A stretch of DNA of 44,012 bases from an uncultured bacterium. GTDB lineage: Bacteria; Zhuqueibacterota; QNDG01; DTFT01. Of this stretch, positions 37,533-44,012 are shown in pieces. Position 1 is the first letter of the stretch, and each line of letters opens with the position of its first letter. Location of the stretch: positions 1-44,012 of the forward strand of contig CAVTNR010000004.1 of the NCBI GenBank assembly GCA_963736115.1. Direction: 5' to 3'. The notes under the pieces are model-generated. The model saw nothing but the letters and a program-made list of their open reading frames with translations, was not told where the DNA came from and made no database searches. The position numbers and the translations under genes are program-made.

Positions 37533-38534
37533 TCACGCGGATGTGCCGTCGCGGCGCGATACGGAGCCGCGCTCGACCATCTGCACCGGCATGACGATCA
37601 CCGGTCGGTTATCGCCGCCTTGGACCATGCGGAGTATGGTGCGCGCGGCGATGGACCCGAATTCCCGCTTGGGTACGCGCACCGTGGTCAGCGGCGGCGA
37701 GGCCATGGCCGCGAGATCGATGTCGTCGAAACCAACGACACTGACGTCGTCCGGAATGCGCAGGCCCGCATCGTGCACGGCTTTGTATCCCCGTATCGCA
37801 TTGATGTCGTTCGCCACGAAAATACCGGTCGGCGGCCGGCTCTCCAGCAGTGTCTTGAAATGCGCATACCCGTCCTCGAGTCCGCCGATCCGGACCAGCC
37901 GGTCGTCGGTTTCCAGTCCGTGCATGCGGAGCGCCTTCCGGTACCCGTCGAACCGCTGGCGGAAGCTCAAGCGGCTCAGATCGCCGGACACGAACCCAAT
38001 GGCGCGGTGGCCGTTGCGGATCAGATATTCAGTGGCAAGGAAACCGCCGTATTCGTTGTCGATCTGGACCTGCGCGTAATCGTCGGTCTGTTTCTGCGGA
38101 TCGACCATCACCACCGGAAGGCCTTCGGAGCGCAGGCGCTCCAGAAAATCCTCGTGAAAAATTCCGATGAGAATAACTCCGTCCACATGCCGCTCGCGTA
38201 TCATTTTCGGGAGTCCGCGGTGGCTGGGCTGGATGATGCTCAGGATCATATTGTGATTATTGAGAGACAGTTCCGATTCGACGCCTTCGAGCACTTTGGA
38301 ATAGAAAGGATTGTCCGAAAGAGCCTGCCGGTCCCGGCTGAAAAGAAGCCCGACGTTCTCGGTGGAACGGGTTTTCAGTCCCTTTCCGAACGAATTCGGG
38401 CTGTACCCGTGGGTATCTGCGATTTCAAGCACTTTCCGGCGGGTTTCGGCGCTCACGTCGTTTCGGTTGTTCAGCGCTTTTGAAACCGTGGACGGCGAAA
38501 CACCGGCCAGACGCGCGAGGGTTCGAATATCCAT
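37533..38534 (-). CDS. LacI-family transcriptional regulator
   Basis: MDIRTLARLAGVSPSTVSKALN HTH; IPDDVSVVGFDD, PPLTTV; start reassigned to 38534. Confidence 0.95.
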   Translation of the reverse strand: MDIRTLARLAGVSPSTVSKALNNRNDVSAETRRKVLEIADTHGYSPNSFGKGLKTRSTENVGLLFSRDRQALSDNPFYSKVLEGVESELSLNNHNMILSIIQPSHRGLPKMIRERHVDGVILIGIFHEDFLERLRSEGLPVVMVDPQKQTDDYAQVQIDNEYGGFLATEYLIRNGHRAIGFVSGDLSRLSFRQRFDGYRKALRMHGLETDDRLVRIGGLEDGYAHFKTLLESRPPTGIFVANDINAIRGYKAVHDAGLRIPDDVSVVGFDDIDLAAMASPPLTTVRVPKREFGSIAARTILRMVQGGDNRPVIVMPVQMVERGSVSRRDGTSA

Positions 38535-38599
38535 GGACTCCGAAAAAAGATATTTGTTGATATACTGGAGGATTGGATGGAAACCGCAATCAGTCCCAC

Positions 38600-38613
38600 C
38601 GAAATCGGTTTCG
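38600..38613. promoter_or_regulatory. Candidate LacI-type operator
   Basis: Near-perfect CG-centred palindrome CGAAATCGGTTTCG about 65 bp upstream of the lacI-family start. Confidence 0.55.
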
Positions 38614-38789
38614 AACAAAAATACAATTTCAGGAAAAATTTTGCTTTCATTTAAGTCCCAAAAAAGGTCTAATATGTTGCATGAATTCTTTCAGGCAACT
38701 ATATCCAATAAAATCAATGAATTTCGAGAGGGGCTCAAGAAAGCTCAATATCTACAATTAGATAAGCCGGATCAAGTCATCGAAAGACA

Positions 38790-38801
38790 GAAAACGTTTT
38801 C
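38790..38801. promoter_or_regulatory. Second candidate LacI-type operator
   Basis: Perfect palindrome GAAAACGTTTTC in the same AT-rich intergenic region. Confidence 0.45.
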
Positions 38802-38899
38802 GCAAATAACCCAGAAAATGGTCATCCTAATCGATATTAAGGATGAAAATGTTGTCTTGAATAGAGAAAAGAGGCTTAACTACGAAACATTCCGGCCCG

Positions 38900-41800
38900 T
38901 TATTTCGATGAACGCCGAAACTCTTTCGGGGATTTGCCCAATCTGGCGTGGAAGAGCTGGCTGAAATGCGAGGGATATTTGAAACCGATGTCATAGGCGA
39001 TCTCAGTGACCGACCGGTCCGTCTGCTCCAGCAATTGAACGGCTTTTCTCATCCGTATGGTCTGTATGAAATCGAAAGGCGTCTCTGATGTGAGGGTTTT
39101 CATCCTCCGGAAAAGCTGGGACCGGCTCAGCCCGATCTCGCGGCTCAGTTTTTCAACTCCGAATTCCGGATCAGACAGGTTGGATTCGATCAGTGCCACG
39201 GTGCGCCTCAGGAATTCAGCGTCCGCAGGATTCTCCGCAAGTTCCGCCGGATCGGACCGCCATTCCCTGCTGAATTGCTCCCGCAGGCGCCGCCTCGTTT
39301 CAATGATATTACGAAGCCTGGCCCTGAGCGTTTCCATATTGAAGGGCTTGACAATGTAGTCGTCCGCTCCGCTTTCCAGTCCTTCGAGCTGGGCGGATTC
39401 TTCCTGCCGCGCGGTCAGGAGCACAATGGGGATGTGACCCGTAGCCGGGTTGTCCTTCAGACGGCGGCAGAGTTCGAGCCCGTCCGTGCCGTCCATCATG
39501 ATGTCGCTGAGAATCAGGTCCGGCATGCGCTGGCCGGCCAGCGCCAGGCCCGCGGCCGCGTCCGGCGCTTCCAGAACACGGAAGGACTCTCCGAGCCTCT
39601 GGTTCAGATACAAACGCATTTCGGCGTCGTCCTCGATGATCAGAACGGTGTGAGTCGACGCGGACGTTTCCGCATCCGGCTGTTTGCCCGGGACCGCGGC
39701 CGCGTCCGGACATGCTTCGCCCTCCGGACGGATTCCGGGCTGGGCGGAGCCGGTCCCGCCGGCCGGACGATCGTCCGGCGTGTTTTCGGGCAGCGTCACC
39801 GTGAAACGTGCGCCCGTTGCGCCGGCCGGTCCTGCGGCGATCGAGCCGCCGTGCAGTTCCACGATCTCCTTGGCCAGAGAGAGGCCGATTCCGGATCCCC
39901 CCGTATGTCCGTCGTCTCCCCCGCGCCCTCCCCTGTAAAACCGGTCGAAGATCCGGCCCCATTCATCCGGCCCCACACCGGGCCCGGAATCCTCGACCGC
40001 GATTTCGGCCGCACCGTCGCCTGCTGCGGCGCGCACGGTCATGGATACGCTTCCGCCCCTGGGCGTGTACTTGAAGGCGTTGGAGAGCAGGTTGAAGACC
40101 ACGGTATCGAGTTTGTCCGGATCAAAACGGGCCGTGATGACGGGCCGGTTGCTGCCGAACGTGAACGTGACCTGCCGGTCCGCGGCCATCAGGGTGAACG
40201 TGTCCGCGATGCCTCGGCAGAAGGACACCAGATCCGACTCGCGGCGTTCGAGTGTCATGCGGCCGGCCTCGATCCGGTTGAAGTCGATCACCTGGTTCAC
40301 CAGCCGGAGCAGGCGCTCCGCGCTTTTCTGCATGACGTGGAGCCGCGACTGGATCAGGGGCCATTCCATGTTCCGGCCGGCCGCCGCGATTTCCCGCAGG
40401 GGCGCGAGAATCAGAGTCAGGGGCGTCCGGAACTCATGGGAAATGTTCGCGAAGAACCTGGACTGGAGGGCATCGAGCTCGAGCGCCTTTTCCTTCTCCA
40501 GCGTCTGCTCCCGCAAGTCGCTGCGGAGCCGGACGAGATTCGACTGGTAGCGGTGATAGGCGACCACCACTGCGCCGGCGAGGAGCAGGTAGAGCAGAAG
40601 GGCCCAGGGCGATTTCCAGAACGGCGGCTCAAGCGTGACGCGGATCCGCGCCTCGGTGGCTCCGGCCGGATTCCAGAGGTCGTCCGTGTTCGTCGCAACC
40701 ACCCGGAACGTGTAGTCGCCCGGATCGAGATTGGTGAAGGTCGCGGACCGGCCCGCGGCCGCGTCAATCCATCCGTCGTGGTAACCGTCGAGCCGGTACC
40801 GGTAGCGGATCTTGCCCGGCTTGACGAATTCCGGGGCCGTGAAGTGCAAGGTGAACATCTTGGCCTCGGCGTGCGATAGCCGCACGCCGCCGTCCGCGGA
40901 CTGCGCTTTCCGCACAGGCGCGGACGCCCGGTCGGACGATTTTCCTGCGGCCATGACTTCAACGGCCGTGATGACCGGAGACGGTTCGGTCGTCCTCTCC
41001 GACACGCTGTCCGGGTGGAAAAGCGTGAATCCGGCGGTTCCGCCGAAAGCCATTTCCCCGCCGGGAAGCCGGATGCAGGATCCGTGTATGAATTCGTCGC
41101 CCTGTAGGCCGTCCTGACGCGTGTAGACCCGGGTCTCGAGCGTCTCCGGATGGAAACGGACGAGACCGGCGTTGGTGGAGAACCAGAGCCGGCCGCGGCT
41201 GTCTTCGAGCAGGCCGTTGATGACCTCGCTGGGGAATCCGTTCCTGACACCGAAGCGGCTGAAGACGCCGGTCTTCCGGTCGAGCCGGTTCAGTCCGCCG
41301 TAGGTGCCGACCCAGAGCCGGCCCTTCACGTCCTCGTGCAGCGTGTACACCCAGTTGTGGCTGAGACTGGTGGAATCGCGGTCAACGGACAAGTAGGAAG
41401 TAAACCGGCCGGTCTCCTCGTCGTACCGGCACAGGCCCACGTAGGTGCCGATCCAGAGCCGCCGTCTCTGTCCTCGAGCAAAGTCAGGCAGAAATCGCTG
41501 ACCAGGGATCCGGTCGGATTCTCCGGGTCGTGCGTGAACCGCGTGAACCGTCGCCCGCCCGGCGGTCCAGCCGGAACAGGCCCCTGCCGTTCGTGGCGAT
41601 CCACATGCGGCCGCGTCTGTCCCTGAGTATGGAGCGCACGTCTCCGAATCCCGCTCCGGACGGATCCGCAGGCCCGGAGCGAAAGCCCGGAAACGGCCGG
41701 TTCCCGGATCGAGTACGCCGAGCCCGTCCATGTAGTCGCCGATCCAGAGGGATGCAGCCGGCAGTCCGCGGCCGTCCACAGGGCCAGCACGGCGTTCGTC

Positions 41801-43030
41801 GCGCTTCCCCCGGCCCGGACGCGGTTCTGCCGGACGGCTGCGAAACGCCCGGTTTTCGGATCGAACCGGTTCAGGCCGCCGCCGTCCGTGCCGATCCACA
41901 ATCCCCCGCTGCCGTCCGGGCTGAAACAGGTCACGGAATTGTGGCTCAGCGACCGGCTGTCGCCCGGCATGCTCCGAAACGTGCGGAAAGGATTCCCGCC
42001 CTGCGGCGCGTACTCCAGTCCCTGCGTGCCGCCGAGCCAGAGAACGCCCGAGCGGTCCCGGAAAACGGACTGGATGTTCCCGTTGTGAAGGCCGCCCGGC
42101 CGCGCCGGTTCAGCCGGGAACCGCCGGACCTTTCCGTCTGAGCGGTCCAGCCGGTTGAGCCCGTTCTGCGTGGCGACCCAGAGGCCGTCCGGCCCGTCCG
42201 GGAACAGGTCCCAGCATATGTCGTTCGACAGGGATTCCACGTTCCCGGATTCCTTCCGGTAGACGCGGAATACGCCGGATGCCGGATCGAAGCGGTGCAC
42301 GCCCGCGTCCGTCCCGGCCCAGAGAATGCCGCCGCTGTCCGTGAAAAGGGAATGGATCGCGGTCGGATCGCAGGCCGTTCCCCGGTTTCGCCCCGGCCCG
42401 GAACGACTGCACGGATCCGGCCGAGGTGTCGACGCGGAGCAGGCCGCGGTTGGTGAGCCCGATCCAGAACCGGCCGTCGCGGTCGACTTCGATCCTGTGG
42501 ATATCGGCCGTCCGCGCGCCGCGCGCCTCCAGGAGCCTGGAGAGAATGGGAACGCAGAGCGAATCGTCAGGGTCGGCCCGGTAGATGCGGGAGGAAGAGG
42601 AGAGGACGACGGTTCCGTCTCCGCATTCGGCGATATCGGTGACGTCGAAAACCGTGGCCTCGGTGTTCCGGAACCGGATGAACCGGTCGTTCCGCCTGTC
42701 GTAGAGGTGCAGACCGTTCTGTGTGCCGGCCCAGAGCCGGCCCGACCGGTCGACATGCAGGCTGTGCACGACGTTCGAGGAAAGGCTCGTCCGGTCACCG
42801 GCCCTTGTGCGGTAGGTCCGGAACGCGTATCCGTCGAACCGGTTGAGCCCGTCCGTGGTGGCGATCCAGAGGAAGCCGTCCGGGTCCTGCCGGATGGCGT
42901 TGACGAAACTGGAGGACAGCCCGTTTTCCGTGGTCAGGCGGCTGAAGGCGAGCGGACGCGTCTCCGGCCGGGCGGGAATCGCCGCGACGAGGAGGGACAG
43001 GATAATGACGCAGAGCCGTCTGGATTTCAT
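38900..43030 (-). pseudogene. Hybrid two-component sensor (propeller repeats, Y_Y_Y, HisKA/HATPase, receiver, AraC HTH) with several frameshifts in 41450-42400
   Basis: LTTENGLSS..QDPDGFLWIATTDGLNRFDG; LWxGT repeats switch between frames; ATFTNLDPGDYTFRV; ISHEFRTPLTLI, NLLSNAFKYT, GSGIGL; LIIEDD..SDIMM..KPF; IAYDIGF. Confidence 0.85.
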
Positions 43031-43353
43031 GCCGATGGTTTCCGGGTTTCAGGGAGGTTCGATTATTTTAAGAAACCCTCGGGAAGGAAACAAGGGAAAA
43101 ACGAGTTCCTTTCTCTGGCCGAGGCCTTCAGTAACCGGAAAAATCCGATTGCCGGGTCCCGCTTCGCGGGGCTCCCGCCTCTGCGCCGGGGTTGAAACCG
43201 ATTCTCGACGCTCCGGAAGTTTGAACCCTCCCGGAGCGTTTCTTCTCCGAAACACCGATGACCCACGAAAACTCGGGAGCAGGAGCTCCTGAGTTGGGAA
43301 CGATAAAAAATCTGGGCTGTAAGCCTGTGACTACCGTACCTTCCCGATTCTTT

Positions 43354-43382
43354 CTTTGAACTTTGAACCTGGAACTTTGACC
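43354..43382. repeat. Short heptamer tandem repeat (CTTTGAA-like)
   Basis: CTTTGAA CTTTGAA CCTGGAA CTTTGAC just after the inferred stop of the split-barrel gene. Confidence 0.55.
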
Positions 43383-43387
43383 TAATT

Positions 43388-43947
43388 CTAAAACTCCACG
43401 GCCGGCACTTGGAATGTCCGGGATCGTTGTGGAACCCGCGCTTGTAGTTGAGCACTTCGATCTTTTCGGGCACGACTTTGATCAGGACCAGCTTGCTCCG
43501 GTCCGGGAATGCCTGCTGCCAGTAGCCCCTCTCCCGTTTTCGGATTTCGGACGGGTCCTGCACCAGAAACGCGTTCCCGACAATGTTCACGTTTCCTACG
43601 GCGGTTCCGTGGTCCGCGTAATACAGGCAGACGCGCGGATCATGGGCGATTTCACGGGCTTTCCGGCTGTCCGTGCTCGTGGCCATCCATACAGTCATGT
43701 CGTCCTCAGGCGGGAACGGGTTCATGGTTCTCGCGTGGGGCCGGCCCGTGAAGTCCACGGTCACCAGGCCGCAATAGGTCTGAAGGGACATGATTTCCCT
43801 CGCCGCGGAGATGAGCGAGTCGCGGTTGGCCGCGTTCGGGGGTTCCTGGGCGGATAGGGAACCCGTGTGAACGAACATCATGGACAGCAGAAGCAGAAGT
43901 AGGCTTTCCCCGTTATGGGAAACGGGGCGGTGGGAAGTGCGGTTCAT
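43388..43947 (-). CDS. Pyridoxamine 5'-phosphate oxidase-like / general stress protein 26 FMN-binding split-barrel protein with signal peptide; probable frameshift near 43420
   Basis: LVTVDFTGRPHARTM, WMATSTDSRKAREIAHDPRVCLYY, LIKVVPEKIEV. An alternative frame ends ...TFQVPAVEF-stop at 43388, so the ORF-track tail to 43063 looks spurious. Confidence 0.75.
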
Positions 43948-44012
43948 GCGGGGGCTCCTGTTTGAAGTACGAATGGGAACGCGGGAATCTTGAGATTGTA
44001 CGATTCGGATGA

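Noticed and set aside
38311-38964. 217-aa plus-strand ORF spanning the lacI upstream region
   Set aside because: Overlaps lacI and the HTCS end in antisense, crosses operator-like DNA, and has no recognisable motif.
41450-42400. Programmed frameshifting or phase variation in the HTCS
   Set aside because: Several shifts with no slippery heptamer or long homopolymer; better explained by errors or decay.
43063-43387. C-terminal extension of the split-barrel ORF
   Set aside because: It reads through heptamer repeats and palindromes; a natural end (PAVEF-stop) exists at 43388 in another frame.

Overview
GC-rich bacterial window in which every credible gene lies on the minus strand. T9SS-type C-terminal sorting domains and PorV, together with canonical AGGAGG ribosome-binding sites and TTGnnn-17-TAnnnT promoters, suggest an FCB-group lineage outside Bacteroidia such as KSB1, Calditrichota or Ignavibacteria-like (inference). 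In transcription order (right to left) it holds: an FMN-binding split-barrel protein; a frameshifted hybrid two-component sensor; a LacI-headed carbohydrate-utilisation locus with no recognisable SusD (TonB-dependent receptor, FN3/CTD protein, PorV, IPT/TIG lipoprotein, multi-CBM secreted protein, DUF5060/GH5-like hydrolase); a complete trp operon in the order trpD-C-F-B-A-E-G with a Trp-containing leader peptide and attenuator; a GspG-like fusion and an NHL protein; a tightly coupled DUF4956-HlyD-TolC-VTC operon; a large outer-membrane protein plus an Omp85 paralogue; a frameshifted serine hydrolase; and a secreted amidohydrolase. The DUF4956-HlyD-TolC-VTC operon is the best candidate for an undescribed system (possible coupled polyphosphate synthesis and trans-envelope export). 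Many short palindromic and heptameric repeats are present, several inserted in frame inside genes. Scattered single-base lesions are probably sequencing errors. All family assignments come from motif recognition, not database searches.
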